A stretch of DNA of 64,000 bases from an uncultured bacterium (GCA_946548895.1 CAMNQF010000005.1:10595-74594); one strand, 5' to 3'; positions 42,565-52,459 are shown, counted from the first letter of the stretch. Notes: generated by a model not told the origin, from the sequence alone. A program made the numbers and translations.

Positions 42565-43296
42565 CTACCGCTCCACCAGCCTGCGCCGGAAGAGGAGGAC
42601 CGCCAGCGCCATGATGGCGGCGGCCCAGGCGCACACCCACAGCAGGTGGCCCGGCAGTGCGGACCAGTTCCCGGCCAGGGCGGCCTTGGCCCCGTCCACC
42701 CCGTGGGCGAAGGGGAGCAGGTAGGCCACTGTGCCGAAGGGGCCGCCGATGAGGGAAAGGTCGAACCAGATCCCCGCCAGAAACGCCGTGGCGTTGGTGA
42801 GCAGGGCCCCGCACATACCGCCCACCTGCTTGTCGTTGAACAGGGTGCCGCACAGCAGCCCCAGGGCGATGAACAGCAGGGCGGAGGGGATGAGGGAGGC
42901 CGCCGCCGCCAGCAGGTTCCAGTTCAACGGCAAACCCAAGGCCACCGCCGCCCCCAGGCAGATGGCGGTCTGCCCCGCCGCCATGGGCAGCATGGGCAGC
43001 AGGTAGCCCAGCAGGAAGTCGGAGGCGGTCATGGGGGAGGCGGTGAGCCGGGCCAGAAAGGCGGAGGTGCGGTCCTTGGCCAGCAGCAGCCCGGAAAACA
43101 GCGCCATAAAGGTCAGGCCGAAGAAGGCGATGCCGGGGGCCAGGGTATCCAGCTCGAAGATGTGCACCGGGATATTGCGCTGAATGAGGGTCATCAGCCC
43201 CAGCAGCGCCATGGGAAAGCCCAGCCCGAAAAACAGGGTCAGCGGGTCCCGGAGCATCTCCTTGAGGTTGCGCATGGCAAAGGCTTTGATTCTCAT
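42565..43296 (-). CDS. ABC-2 type transporter permease
   Basis: 243 aa with 6 TM-like segments. The N-terminus is MRIKAFAMRNLKEMLRDPLTLFF. It overlaps the ATPase gene by 4 nt. Confidence 0.85.
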   Translation of the reverse strand: MRIKAFAMRNLKEMLRDPLTLFFGLGFPMALLGLMTLIQRNIPVHIFELDTLAPGIAFFGLTFMALFSGLLLAKDRTSAFLARLTASPMTASDFLLGYLLPMLPMAAGQTAICLGAAVALGLPLNWNLLAAAASLIPSALLFIALGLLCGTLFNDKQVGGMCGALLTNATAFLAGIWFDLSLIGGPFGTVAYLLPFAHGVDGAKAALAGNWSALPGHLLWVCAWAAAIMALAVLLFRRRLVER

Positions 43297-44012
43297 GACG
43301 CCGCCTCCCCTCCGGCCAGGGCCACAAAGGCGTCCTCAAAGCTGCCGCGGCCCGCCATGGCCTTCAGCTCCTCCGCCGTCCCCACCGCACGGAGCCGTCC
43401 CGCGTTCATCACGCCCACGCGGTCGGCCAGCGACTCGGCTTCTTCCAAGTAATGGGTGGTCAGGACAATGGTGGTGTGCCCCTTCAGCCCCCGGATCACG
43501 GTCCACAGCTCCCGCCGGGCCAGCACGTCTAGCCCCAGGGTGGGCTCGTCCAGGAACAGCACCTCCGGCTGGGACACCAGGGCCATGGCGATGGACAGCC
43601 GCCGCTGCCAGCCGCCGGACAGGGTTTTCGCCCGGGCCTTGGTCCACTGGCCCAGCCCCAATTGGGCCAGGATCTCCTCCGGACGCCCCTTGGGATGGCC
43701 GTAGATGCCCGCCATCAGCTCCAGGTTCTCTAAAACCGTGAGATTGGGGGCAATGGCCGTCTCCTGGGGGGAGACCGCCAGGATTTCCTTGGCCTGATGG
43801 CTGTCCCGGCGGACGCTGTGCCCCATGAGCTCGGCGTCCCCCTCGGTGGGGACGGTGAGGCAGGACAGCATTTTGATGGTGGTGGATTTGCCCGCCCCGT
43901 TTACCCCCAGCAGGGCGAACAGCTCCCCCGCCGGGACGGTGAGCTCCAGCCGGTCCACCACCCTGCGGCCCGCGTACTCCTTGGTAAGGCCCATGATTTT
44001 GATCGCGTTCAT
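43293..44012 (-). CDS. ABC transporter ATP-binding protein
   Basis: Walker A is GVNGAGKSTT. The signature is LSGGWQRRL. Walker B is VLFLDEPT. Confidence 0.95.
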   Translation of the reverse strand: MNAIKIMGLTKEYAGRRVVDRLELTVPAGELFALLGVNGAGKSTTIKMLSCLTVPTEGDAELMGHSVRRDSHQAKEILAVSPQETAIAPNLTVLENLELMAGIYGHPKGRPEEILAQLGLGQWTKARAKTLSGGWQRRLSIAMALVSQPEVLFLDEPTLGLDVLARRELWTVIRGLKGHTTIVLTTHYLEEAESLADRVGVMNAGRLRAVGTAEELKAMAGRGSFEDAFVALAGGEAAS

Positions 44013-44254
44013 TTCCGCTCCTCCTCCTGTTCCTGCTGGGCCCTCCGGGCCTGCCGGATGGATTCGTCCATAAAGTCGATCATGCCGTCGAAGGCCACGA
44101 TGGCGATGCCCTTTTTCTTGTCCGCCATCAGCAGCAGGTTGTCTCCCGGCTCGATCTCAAACAGCTCCCGCACCTCCTTGGGGATGACGATCTGGCCCTT
44201 GTCGCCCACCCGCACGGTGCTCAGAAATTGGTCCCGCGGCAGTTTCAGTTTCAT
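44009..44254 (-). CDS. AbrB/MazE/SpoVT-family DNA-binding protein
   Basis: 81 aa. RVGDKGQIVIPKEVRELFEIEPGDNLLL is a SpoVT-AbrB swapped-hairpin motif. It overlaps both neighbours by 4 nt. Confidence 0.8.
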   Translation of the reverse strand: MKLKLPRDQFLSTVRVGDKGQIVIPKEVRELFEIEPGDNLLLMADKKKGIAIVAFDGMIDFMDESIRQARRAQQEQEEERK

Positions 44255-44424
44255 AGCGCGCCTCTCAGAAGGGCGATGCCCTTTTTCTTGTCCGCCAGGA
44301 GCAGCAGCTGATCCCCCGGCCTGATGCCGAACAGCTCCCGCACCTCCTGGGGGATGGTGACCTGTCCCTCGCTCCCCAGCCGCACAGGGCCCAGGAATTC
44401 ACCCGTGGGTTTTGTCACACGCAT
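44251..44424 (-). CDS. AbrB/MazE/SpoVT-family DNA-binding protein (tandem paralog)
   Basis: MRVTKPTGEFLGPVRLGSEGQVTIPQEVRELFGIRPGDQLLL aligns residue for residue with the downstream paralog. ATG 44424 is preferred (GGAG 8 nt upstream). The track start is GTG 44433. Confidence 0.75.
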   Translation of the reverse strand: MRVTKPTGEFLGPVRLGSEGQVTIPQEVRELFGIRPGDQLLLLADKKKGIALLRGAL

Positions 44425-44440
44425 ATTCATCACTCCTATT

Positions 44441-44488
44441 AGTTATACTTTTCCCACTAAGTATAACTCGTAGAATCGGATTTGTCAA
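44441..44488 (-). promoter_or_regulatory. promoter with overlapping 10-bp inverted-repeat operator for the AbrB-like/ABC operon
   Basis: On the minus strand: TTGACA (44488-44483), a 16-nt spacer, then TTATAC (44466-44461). The perfect inverted repeat AGTTATACTT (44441-44450) / AAGTATAACT (44459-44468) covers the -10 box and the start region. Confidence 0.5.
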
Positions 44489-44536
44489 GGGTCTAAGCCT
44501 CTCTCCCGCCGCATATCATGCAGGGAGGTGAAGCGT

Positions 44537-45703
44537 ATGCGAAAGAAGAGGACAAGTAGGCCGTGGGTCCGGGGGCTGCGGGTGGGGGCGGCGGTGCTGG
44601 TGGGATCGCTGGCGCTGTGGCTGGCCTGGCTGGTGGGGGACCCCGCCGCCGCCCTGGACGACCTGCGTGAGCTGGCGGGCAGCGCCCAGGTGTCCCTGGC
44701 CCTGCTGTCGGCGGAGCTGGGGCTGGAGGACCGCCGGGACGGCCTGTCGGGCTGGGACAGGCTGGTGCTGGCCCAGTCCTCCCTGCTGAAGGCGGTCCCG
44801 CCCTCCCAGGGGCCGGAGCCCTCCGGCCCGCCCCCGGAGGAGACGGGCGACCTGCTGGAGCTGGACCCGGCCGGCGAGGACGAGGAGCCCAGCGAGCCTG
44901 TCCCCACCGCCGCGCCGCAGGAGGGCATTATACCCCGGACCATGGTGGCGGGGTCCTCCGCCAAGTACGTCACGTGGGAAAACGTGTCCCTCTACAACCA
45001 CACCGACTATGCGATTGACATACCTGCCCTCATTGAGAACGCGCCCCAGCTGTCCGGGGCGGGGGAGGGGCCCAAGGTGCTGATCTACCACTCCCACGCC
45101 ACCGAGTCCTACACCATGGAAGGGACGGACGTCTACGAGCCCAGCGGCGACCACCGCACCTTGGACACCAACTATAACATGGTCCGGGTGGGGGAGGAGA
45201 TGAAGGCGGTATTTGAGGCGGCGGGCATCGGCGTGGTCCACGACACCACCTTATACGATTACCCCAGCTATAACGACGCCTATGTCCGTTCGGTGGAAGG
45301 GGTGTCGGAGAACTTGAAGAAATACCCCTCCATCGTGCTGGCGCTGGACGTCCACCGGGACGCCCTGGTGGCCAGCGACGGCACGATTTATAAGGTGGTG
45401 GCGGGGACGGTGGACAACTGCGCCCAGGTGATGATGGTGATGGGCAGCGACGCCACCGGCCAGGTCCACCCCAACTGGAAGGTGAACCTGGCGCTGGCGC
45501 TGAATATCCAGTCGGCGTTGAGCAGCAAGTGGTCCACCCTGGCACGGCCGCTGGTGCTGCGGCCCACCCGGTTCAACCAGCACCTGTCCACGGGGATGCT
45601 GCTGGTGGAGGTGGGCACCCACGGGAATACCCTGAGCGAGGCCATCACCGCCGCCCGGCTGTACGCCCGGACGGTGGTGGAGCTGATGGAAAGCGGCGGA
45701 TAG
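44537..45703 (+). CDS. spoIIP: stage II sporulation protein P
   Basis: It has an N-terminal TM helix. KVLIYHSHATESYT and LALDVHRDA are SpoIIP signature blocks. The start is ATG 44537 after GGGAGG. Confidence 0.85.
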   Translation: MRKKRTSRPWVRGLRVGAAVLVGSLALWLAWLVGDPAAALDDLRELAGSAQVSLALLSAELGLEDRRDGLSGWDRLVLAQSSLLKAVPPSQGPEPSGPPPEETGDLLELDPAGEDEEPSEPVPTAAPQEGIIPRTMVAGSSAKYVTWENVSLYNHTDYAIDIPALIENAPQLSGAGEGPKVLIYHSHATESYTMEGTDVYEPSGDHRTLDTNYNMVRVGEEMKAVFEAAGIGVVHDTTLYDYPSYNDAYVRSVEGVSENLKKYPSIVLALDVHRDALVASDGTIYKVVAGTVDNCAQVMMVMGSDATGQVHPNWKVNLALALNIQSALSSKWSTLARPLVLRPTRFNQHLSTGMLLVEVGTHGNTLSEAITAARLYARTVVELMESGG

Positions 45704-45720
45704 GCTGTGGTGAAGCAAAA

Positions 45721-45755
45721 AGCGGAGCGCCGTGCCCTGGGCACGGCGCTCCGCT
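45721..45755. terminator. bidirectional intrinsic terminator
   Basis: AGCGGAGCGCCGTGCC pairs with GGCACGGCGCTCCGCT as a 16-bp stem around a 3-nt loop. It lies between the convergent spoIIP and nth genes. Confidence 0.75.
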
Positions 45756-45758
45756 CTG

Positions 45759-46415
45759 TTACGCGTGATGTTCCGCTTTCGCGTATTCGCACCAGGGGGC
45801 CAGGGCGCACGCCCCGCACATGGCCTTCCGGGCCGTGCATACCGCCCGTCCGTGGAGCACCATGCGGTGGCAGAAGTTGTTGGACTCCTCCGGCGGCAGG
45901 ACCTTGCGCAGCTGCTGCTCCACCTTGGCGGGGTCCTTGGTGCCGTCGGTCAGCCCCAGCCGCCCGGTGATGCGGATGCAATGGGTGTCCGCCACCACCA
46001 CGCCGGGGGCGCCGTGCACGTCTCCCAAAATCAGGTTGGCCGTCTTCCGGCCCACGCCGGGTAGGCGCAGCAGGTCCTCCATGGTGTCCGGCACCCTGCC
46101 GCCGTACTCGTTCAGCAGCATCTGGGCGCACAGCACCAGGTCCCGGCTCTTGCCCCGGAAGAAGCCGCAGGAGTGGATGTACCGGCCCACCTCCTCGATA
46201 TCGGCCTCCGCGAAGCTCTCCAGGGTGGGGAAGCGCGCAAACAGGGCGGGGGTGACTTGATTCACCCGCTCGTCAGTGCACTGGGCGGACAGCCGCACGG
46301 CAAACAGGAGCTCATAGTCCTTTTCATACTGCAAGGAGCACAGGGAATCCGGGTACAGCTCTTTCAGCGCGTCAACGATGGCACACACGTCGGACTTGGT
46401 CGTCATTTGTCTCAC
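45759..46415 (-). CDS. nth: endonuclease III
   Basis: 218 aa. The HhH-GPD region is LPGVGRKTANLILG...VVADTHCIRI. The C-terminal 4Fe-4S cluster motif is CTARKAMCGACALAPWC. Confidence 0.95.
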   Translation of the reverse strand: MRQMTTKSDVCAIVDALKELYPDSLCSLQYEKDYELLFAVRLSAQCTDERVNQVTPALFARFPTLESFAEADIEEVGRYIHSCGFFRGKSRDLVLCAQMLLNEYGGRVPDTMEDLLRLPGVGRKTANLILGDVHGAPGVVVADTHCIRITGRLGLTDGTKDPAKVEQQLRKVLPPEESNNFCHRMVLHGRAVCTARKAMCGACALAPWCEYAKAEHHA

Positions 46416-46555
46416 CTCATTGGTAAGGATACCACAAATCTTTCTCCCCGTCTACCAAAACCCGAACGCCGGCCAGGTTCAAAGCCCATCCGCTTTTCCG
46501 TCAAGCGTGCCACAACCGGGATGGAAAAGCGGCCGTGTTTTTTCCTTCCCGCCAG

Positions 46556-46584
46556 TTGTGTTTTTTTCGCAAAAGGGATATAAT
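46556..46584 (+). promoter_or_regulatory. sigma-A type promoter of glyA
   Basis: TTGTGT (46556-46561), a 17-nt spacer, then TATAAT (46579-46584). Confidence 0.55.
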
Positions 46585-46617
46585 GGGGAGACTAAATTTT
46601 GAAAGGCGGAGACAGAC

Positions 46618-47868
46618 ATGGTTTTGGAGTATATCGACTTCGTGGCCCGGCACGACCCTGAGGTGGGGGCGGCCATCCGGGCGGAGTATCAGCGCCAGTG
46701 CGACAACATTGAGCTCATCGCGTCGGAGAACATCGTGTCCGAGGCGGTGCTGGCCGCCATGGGCAGCGTGCTCACCAACAAGTACGCCGAGGGCTATCCC
46801 GGCAAGCGGTACTACGGCGGCTGCCAGTGCGTGGACATCGCGGAGAACCTGGCCATTGACCGGGCGTGCAGGCTGTTCGGGGCCAAGTTCGCCAACGTCC
46901 AGCCCCACTCCGGCGCCCAGGCCAACTACGCCGTCTATATGGCCCTCTGCCAGCCCGGGGACACCGTGCTGGGCATGAACCTGGACCACGGCGGGCACCT
47001 CACCCACGGCAGCCCGGTGAACTACTCCGGCAAGTACTTCAAAATGGTGTCCTATGGCGTGAACGAGGAGACCGGCGTCATCGACTACGGCGAGGTGGAG
47101 CGCATTGCCAAGGAGTGCAAACCCAAGATGATTATCGCGGGGGCGTCCGCCTATCCCCGGGTCATCGACTTCCAGCGGTTCCGCGCCATCGCCGACGAGG
47201 TGGGGGCCTATCTCTGGGTGGACATGGCCCATATCGCGGGCCTGGTGGCGGCGGGGCTCCATCCCTCCCCCATCCCCTATGCCCACGTCACCTCCACCAC
47301 CACCCACAAGACCCTCCGGGGGCCCCGGGGCGGGCTGCTGCTCACCAACGACGAGGACCTGGCCAAGAAGCTGAACTCCGCCATTTTCCCCGGCTCCCAG
47401 GGCGGGCCGCTGATGCACGTCATCGCCGCCAAGGCGGTGGCCTTGGGCGAGGCGCTGACCCCGGAGTTCAAGGCCTACCAGCGGCAGATCGTGAAGAACT
47501 CCGCCGCCCTGGCCGAGGGCCTGGTGAAGCGGGGGATGAAGCTGGTGTCCGGCGGCACGGACAACCACCTGTCCCTCATCGACCTGCGGGACATGGGCGG
47601 CCTCACCGGCAAGGAACTGGAGCGCCGCCTGGACGAGGTGCGCATCACCGCCAACAAGAACAAGGTGCCCGGCGATCCCCGCTCTCCCTTCCAGACCAGC
47701 GGCCTGCGGGTGGGCAGCCCCGCCGTCACCAGCCGCAGCTTTGTGGAGGCGGACATGGATAAGGTGGCGGAGTATATCGCCCTGGCCGCCACCGACTTCG
47801 AGGCCAAGGCGGAGTATATCCGCGGGGGCGTGGCGGAGTTGACCGCGAAATACCCCATCTACCGCTGA
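46618..47868 (+). CDS. glyA: serine hydroxymethyltransferase
   Basis: 416 aa. The blocks [26 protein letters not shown] and [14 protein letters not shown] (PLP lysine region) are all present. Confidence 0.97.
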   Translation: MVLEYIDFVARHDPEVGAAIRAEYQRQCDNIELIASENIVSEAVLAAMGSVLTNKYAEGYPGKRYYGGCQCVDIAENLAIDRACRLFGAKFANVQPHSGAQANYAVYMALCQPGDTVLGMNLDHGGHLTHGSPVNYSGKYFKMVSYGVNEETGVIDYGEVERIAKECKPKMIIAGASAYPRVIDFQRFRAIADEVGAYLWVDMAHIAGLVAAGLHPSPIPYAHVTSTTTHKTLRGPRGGLLLTNDEDLAKKLNSAIFPGSQGGPLMHVIAAKAVALGEALTPEFKAYQRQIVKNSAALAEGLVKRGMKLVSGGTDNHLSLIDLRDMGGLTGKELERRLDEVRITANKNKVPGDPRSPFQTSGLRVGSPAVTSRSFVEADMDKVAEYIALAATDFEAKAEYIRGGVAELTAKYPIYR

Positions 47869-48128
47869 TGGCGAAGGGGCCGAAATCGGAGCTGACCGCC
47901 ATCCCCGGCGTGGGGAAAAATATGGCCGTCCATCTGAACGCCCTGGGCATTGAGCGGGTGGCCGACCTGAAGGGAAAGGACCCGGAGGCGCTTTATGCCC
48001 GGGAGTGCGCCATGCAGGGCTGCGCGGTGGACCGCTGTGTGCTGTATGTGTACCGCCTGGCGGTGGCATACGCCGAGGGGCGGATTGAGAATCCCGAGCG
48101 GCTCAAATGGTGGAATTGGAAGGACTGA
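47868..48128 (+). CDS. helix-hairpin-helix domain protein (Cdd1-like)
   Basis: 86 aa. The HhH region is LTAIPGVGKNMAVHLNALGIERVADLKG. The start overlaps the glyA stop (TGATG). Confidence 0.6.
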   Translation: MAKGPKSELTAIPGVGKNMAVHLNALGIERVADLKGKDPEALYARECAMQGCAVDRCVLYVYRLAVAYAEGRIENPERLKWWNWKD

Positions 48129-48133
48129 GCGGC

Positions 48134-48163
48134 AGCGCCCCGGCAGAATTCTGCCGGGGCGCT
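48134..48163 (+). terminator. stem-loop terminator after glyA operon
   Basis: AGCGCCCCGGCAGAA pairs with TTCTGCCGGGGCGCT as a perfect 15-bp palindrome. The U-tract is weak. Confidence 0.6.
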
Positions 48164-48181
48164 TGATGTGGAAAAACAATC

Positions 48182-48210
48182 TTGCGAACACTTGTATAAT
48201 GTGGTACAAT
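48182..48210 (+). promoter_or_regulatory. sigma-A type promoter of rarA
   Basis: TTGCGA (48182-48187), a 17-nt spacer, then TACAAT (48205-48210). Confidence 0.55.
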
Positions 48211-48243
48211 GCAGTTCGAAAGAGGCGAAGGGAGGGACCGTGT

Positions 48244-49521
48244 ATGTACCAGCCGCTGGCGGACCGCATCCGTCCGCAGAATCTGGACGAGGTGCTGGGC
48301 CAGGGCCATATTCTGGGCCGGGACGGCCTGCTCCGCCGGGTGATCGACAGCGGGAAGATCCCGAACATGGTGTTCTACGGCCCCTCCGGCACGGGAAAAA
48401 CCACCGTGGCCAACATCATCGCCCAGCGGTCGGGCCGCGCCCTGCGGCGGCTCAACGCCACCACCGCCTCCCTGGCGGACATCCGGGACGTGATGGACCA
48501 GGTGGGCACCCTGCTGGCCCCCAACGGCGTCCTGCTCTACCTGGACGAGATCCAGTATTTTAATAAGAAGCAGCAGCAGTCCCTGCTGGAGTTCATTGAG
48601 AACGGCAAGATCACCCTCATCGCGTCCACCACGGAGAACCCCTATTTCACCATTTTCAACGCGATTCTGTCCCGGTCCACGGTGTTCGAGTTCAAAATGC
48701 TGACGGCGGACGACATCCTGCCGGCGGTAGACCGCGGGATCGCCCTCCAGGCCCGGGAGCTGGGGGTAGAGGCCGCCTGCGAGGACGGGGTGCGGGAGCA
48801 CCTGGCCGCGTCCTGCGGCGGGGATGTGCGCAAGGCCCTGAACGCCGTGGAGCTGCTGATGACCGCCAGCCGCATCAAAGACGGGGTGCTGACCATCGCC
48901 CTGGACGACGCCAGGATGGTGGCCCAGCGGTCCGCCATGCGGTACGACCGGGACGGGGACGACCACTTCGACATCGCCTCGGCGCTGATGAAGTCCCTGC
49001 GGGGGTCCGACCCGGACGGGGCCCTCCACTACCTGGCCCGGCTGCTGGAGGCGGGGGATATGCTCACCGCCATCCGGCGGATTCTGTGCTCCGCCAGCGA
49101 GGACATCGGCATGGCCTACCCCCAGGCGGCGTCTATCGTCAAATCCTGCGTGGACAGCGCCCTCCAGCTGGGCCTGCCCGAGGCCAGGCTCCCCCTGGCC
49201 CAGGCGGTGATTCTGCTGGCCACCGCCCCCAAGTCCAACAGCGTGCTCAATGCCATTGACGCCGCCCTGGCCGACGTGCGGGCGGGCAGGACGGGGGACT
49301 ATCCCCGGCATTTGCAGAACGTCCACGCCGACGGCGCGGGGTTTGAGCGGGAGCAGGGATACCTCTACCCCCACGACTTCCCCGGCCACTGGGTGGACCA
49401 GCAGTACCTGCCCGACGCCCTCCGGGGCCGGGTCTACTACGAGTACGGCCCCAATAGGACGGAGCAGGCGGCCAGGGCCTATTGGGAGAAGATCAAACAT
49501 CCGGCGGAGGAGGGCGGCTGA
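48244..49521 (+). CDS. rarA: replication-associated recombination protein A (AAA ATPase)
   Basis: MYQPLADRIRPQNLDEVLGQ at the N-terminus. Walker A is FYGPSGTGKTT and Walker B is LLYLDEIQ. The C-terminal MgsA region is GYLYPHDF. Confidence 0.93.
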   Translation: MYQPLADRIRPQNLDEVLGQGHILGRDGLLRRVIDSGKIPNMVFYGPSGTGKTTVANIIAQRSGRALRRLNATTASLADIRDVMDQVGTLLAPNGVLLYLDEIQYFNKKQQQSLLEFIENGKITLIASTTENPYFTIFNAILSRSTVFEFKMLTADDILPAVDRGIALQARELGVEAACEDGVREHLAASCGGDVRKALNAVELLMTASRIKDGVLTIALDDARMVAQRSAMRYDRDGDDHFDIASALMKSLRGSDPDGALHYLARLLEAGDMLTAIRRILCSASEDIGMAYPQAASIVKSCVDSALQLGLPEARLPLAQAVILLATAPKSNSVLNAIDAALADVRAGRTGDYPRHLQNVHADGAGFEREQGYLYPHDFPGHWVDQQYLPDALRGRVYYEYGPNRTEQAARAYWEKIKHPAEEGG

Positions 49522-49522
49522 A

Positions 49523-49720
49523 ATGCCCATGGATATTCGGGTCGGCGACATACTGGAACTGAAAAAGGCCCACCCCTGCGGGGGCAGGGAGTGGAAAGTG
49601 CTGCGGGTTGGGATGGACTTCAAGCTGAAGTGCCTGGGCTGCGGCCATGAGGTGATGACCCCCCGGGTCAAGGCGGAGAAGGCCATCAAAAAAGTGAAGC
49701 GGGAGGAGACGGCCACATGA
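49523..49720 (+). CDS. DUF951 family protein
   Basis: 65 aa: GDILELKKAHPCGGREWKVLRVGMDFKLKCLGCGHEVM. Confidence 0.8.
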   Translation: MPMDIRVGDILELKKAHPCGGREWKVLRVGMDFKLKCLGCGHEVMTPRVKAEKAIKKVKREETAT

Positions 49721-50769
49721 ACCGTTTTTGGAGCAGGCGCATCCAGCAGATTGTCCCCTACACGCCGGGGGAGCAGCCCAAAGACCGCAAGTTTGTCAAG
49801 CTGAACACCAACGAGTGCCCCTATCCGCCCTCGCCCCAGGTTCTGGCGGCCATCCGGGAGGCGGAAGAGGATCTGCGGCTTTACCCCGACCCGGAATGTT
49901 TGGAGCTGCGCGCGGCCATCGCCCGGCGGGAGGGGCTGGAGATCAACCAGGTGTTCTGCGGCAACGGCTCCGACGAGGTGCTGGCTTTCGCCTTTCAGGC
50001 GTTCTTCGACCCGGACCGGGAGGTGGTGTTCCCCCGGATCACCTACAGCTTTTACCCGGTGTACACCGACTTTTTCGGTTTGAAGCGCCGGGAGGTGCCC
50101 ATGAACCCGGATTTTTCCGACCCCGTCGGCCTGCTGTGCGGGGACAACGGCGGGGTGGTGCTGGCCAACCCCAACGCCCCCACCGGCATTGCCGTGGGGC
50201 TGGACACGGTGGAAAAGCTGCTGGATGCCAACCCGGACGTGGTGGTCATCGTGGACGAGGCGTACATTGACTTTGGCGCGGACAGCGCCGTGGGGCTTAT
50301 CGGCCGGCATCCCAACCTGCTGGTGGTCCAGACCACCTCCAAGTCCCGGGCTCTGGCGGGCCTGCGGGTGGGCTGGGCCATGGGGGACCCGGGGCTCATC
50401 GACGGCCTGCGCTGCGTACGGGACTCCATCAACTCCTACACCGTGGACCGGCTGGCCCAGGCGGGGGCGGCGGCGGCTGTCCGGGATGAGGACTATTTCC
50501 AGTCCATCCGCCGCCGGGTGATGGCTACCCGGGCCTGGACAGAGCAGGCGCTGAAGGAGCGGGGCTTTGCCGTCCTGCCCTCTCAGGCGAATTTCGTCTT
50601 TGCCAGCCGCCCCGGCTGGGCCGGGAAGGACCTGCTGGACGGCCTGCGGGCACGGGGGGTGCTGGTACGCTGGTGGCCCATCCCGGAGATTGCGGACTGG
50701 CTGCGCGTCAGCATTGGGACGGACGAGGAAATGAGGGCGCTGATGGGGGCGCTGGACGAATTGCTGTAA
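49717..50769 (+). CDS. hisC: histidinol-phosphate aminotransferase
   Basis: 350 aa. IVPYTPGEQP...KLNTNECPYPPSP at the N-terminus, then VQTTSKSRALAGLRVGW with the PLP lysine. ATGA overlap with DUF951. Confidence 0.88.
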   Translation: MNRFWSRRIQQIVPYTPGEQPKDRKFVKLNTNECPYPPSPQVLAAIREAEEDLRLYPDPECLELRAAIARREGLEINQVFCGNGSDEVLAFAFQAFFDPDREVVFPRITYSFYPVYTDFFGLKRREVPMNPDFSDPVGLLCGDNGGVVLANPNAPTGIAVGLDTVEKLLDANPDVVVIVDEAYIDFGADSAVGLIGRHPNLLVVQTTSKSRALAGLRVGWAMGDPGLIDGLRCVRDSINSYTVDRLAQAGAAAAVRDEDYFQSIRRRVMATRAWTEQALKERGFAVLPSQANFVFASRPGWAGKDLLDGLRARGVLVRWWPIPEIADWLRVSIGTDEEMRALMGALDELL

Positions 50770-50780
50770 ACGCGGCTGAC

Positions 50781-50819
50781 GGGCCGCCGGAGCTTCCGGC
50801 GGCCCGCTTTTTTATTTTT
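50781..50819 (+). terminator. intrinsic terminator after hisC
   Basis: GGGCCGCCGGA pairs with TCCGGCGGCCC as an 11-bp stem, followed by GCTTTTTTATTTTT. Confidence 0.8.
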
Positions 50820-50895
50820 GTTGGACTTGCTTCGGCTTTTTTTGATGGGCCGGAGGGCTATAATTTGGGACAGACCGACAGAGGAGGGCCGCGCC

Positions 50896-51732
50896 GTGAC
50901 AGTGGTTTACATAGATCTCCTGTTCCTGCTGAACCTCATCGCCAATTACCTGCTGCTGCTGGCGGCGGGCCGGATGGCGGGGGCGGCGCTGGTGCGCTGG
51001 CGCGTCGGGCTGGGAGCCGCGGCCGGGGCGCTGTACGCCGTGCTGGTGTTCCTGCCGGGGCTGGAATGGCTGGCGGGCTGGCCCTGCAAGCTGGGGGCAG
51101 GGGTGCTGATGGCCCTGGCCGCCTACGGCGGGGAGCGGCGCCTCCTGCGGGTGACGGTGCTGTTTTTTGGGGCGTCCGCCGCCCTGGCGGGGGCGGTGCT
51201 GGGGCTGGAGCTGCTGGGCAATGTGTCGCTGACGGTGAAAAACGGGGTGCTGTATACCCCGGTGGATGTGCGGCTGCTGCTGTTGCTGTTTGTGGTGTGT
51301 TATTTTGTGCTCTCCCTGTTTTTCCGCCGGATGGGGACGGTGGAGGGCGGTCTGGCCCGGCTGGAGATCACGCTGGACGGCGGCAGCGCGGCGCTCAACG
51401 CCCTGCGGGACACCGGGCACACCCTGTCCGACCCGGCGGACAACCGCCCGGTGGTGGTGGCGTATTGGAAGGGCCTGGCCGGGCTGCTGCCCCCCTGGGC
51501 GGACCCAGCCGACCCCATCCGCTCGGTGGAGCGGTGCCACGCCGCCGGCTCCCGCCAGGCCCGGCTGGTGCCCTACCGGGCGGTGGGGGTGGAGTGCGGG
51601 ATGCTGCTGGCCCTGCGGGCCCGCCAGGTCACGGTGGATGGGAAGCCCTGGGGCCGGCTGCTGGTAGCCCTGTCTCCCACGCCGCTGGACGGGGACGGCG
51701 GGTATCAGGCGCTGATAGGAGGAGGGATGTAA
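50896..51732 (+). CDS. spoIIGA: sigma-E processing peptidase SpoIIGA
   Basis: [25 protein letters not shown] at the N-terminus, with five TM-like segments. DTGHTLSDP is the aspartic protease DTGN-type motif. GTG 50896 follows GAGGAGGG. Confidence 0.88.
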   Translation: MTVVYIDLLFLLNLIANYLLLLAAGRMAGAALVRWRVGLGAAAGALYAVLVFLPGLEWLAGWPCKLGAGVLMALAAYGGERRLLRVTVLFFGASAALAGAVLGLELLGNVSLTVKNGVLYTPVDVRLLLLLFVVCYFVLSLFFRRMGTVEGGLARLEITLDGGSAALNALRDTGHTLSDPADNRPVVVAYWKGLAGLLPPWADPADPIRSVERCHAAGSRQARLVPYRAVGVECGMLLALRARQVTVDGKPWGRLLVALSPTPLDGDGGYQALIGGGM

Positions 51733-51733
51733 T

Positions 51734-52459
51734 ATGCTCTGGACAAATCCATATATCTGGCTGTGCCGCCTGCTGGACCGGCTGGGCGTGGGGCCGCAGG
51801 GAACGGTTCACTACATCGGCGGCAGCGACACCCTGCCCGCCCCCCTGACCCGGGAGGAGGAGGCCCGACTGCTGGCCCAGCTGGAGGAGGACGGGGAGGA
51901 CCGCCGGTCGGCCCGCTCCCGGCTCATTGAGCACAACCTGCGGCTGGTGGTGTATATCGCCCGGCGGTTTGAGAACACCGGCGTGGGCATCGAGGACCTG
52001 ATCTCCATCGGCACCATCGGGCTCATCAAGGCGGTGGAGACCTACAAGCCCGCCAAAAATATCAAGCTGGCCACCTATGCCTCCCGGTGCATTGAGAACG
52101 AGATTCTGATGCACCTGCGGAAAAACGCCAACCGCCGGGGAGAGGTGTCCCTGGACGAGCCGCTGAACACCGACTGGGACGGCAACGAGCTGCTGCTGTC
52201 CGACGTGCTGGGCACCGACAGCGACAGCATCGAGAAGCCCATTGAGGACGATGTGGACCGGGACCTGCTGTTCACCGCCGTCAGCCGCCTGTCTGAGCGG
52301 GAGCGCACCATCATCACCATGCGCTTCGGCCTGGACGGGCGGCGGGAGCGGACCCAGAAGGAGGTGGCCGACCAGCTGGGCATCAGCCAGTCCTACATAT
52401 CAAGGCTGGAGAAGCGCATCATCGACCGGCTGAAAAAGGAGATCCTGCGGATGATGTGA
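51734..52459 (+). CDS. sigE: sporulation sigma factor SigE (pro-sigma-E)
   Basis: 241 aa. [17 protein letters not shown] marks the pro-sequence junction. [32 protein letters not shown] is region 2. Region 4 is [21 protein letters not shown]. Confidence 0.93.
   Translation: MLWTNPYIWLCRLLDRLGVGPQGTVHYIGGSDTLPAPLTREEEARLLAQLEEDGEDRRSARSRLIEHNLRLVVYIARRFENTGVGIEDLISIGTIGLIKAVETYKPAKNIKLATYASRCIENEILMHLRKNANRRGEVSLDEPLNTDWDGNELLLSDVLGTDSDSIEKPIEDDVDRDLLFTAVSRLSERERTIITMRFGLDGRRERTQKEVADQLGISQSYISRLEKRIIDRLKKEILRMM

Noticed and set aside
46440-46617. A ZTP/THF-type riboswitch or attenuator upstream of glyA (hairpin CCGCTTTTCC...GGAAAAGCGG followed by a T-run near 46486-46545)
   Set aside because: The hairpin lies upstream of the best glyA promoter (46556-46584). 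None of the conserved ZTP (pfl) or THF core strings are visible. It is more likely an insulator or terminator-like element between the divergent nth and glyA genes.
50820-50895. A Spo0A-box-containing spoIIG-type promoter (TATAAT at about 50858, TTCGGCT resembling a 0A box)
   Set aside because: No -35 element sits at a credible spacing, and the 0A-box match is partial. It was left unannotated.
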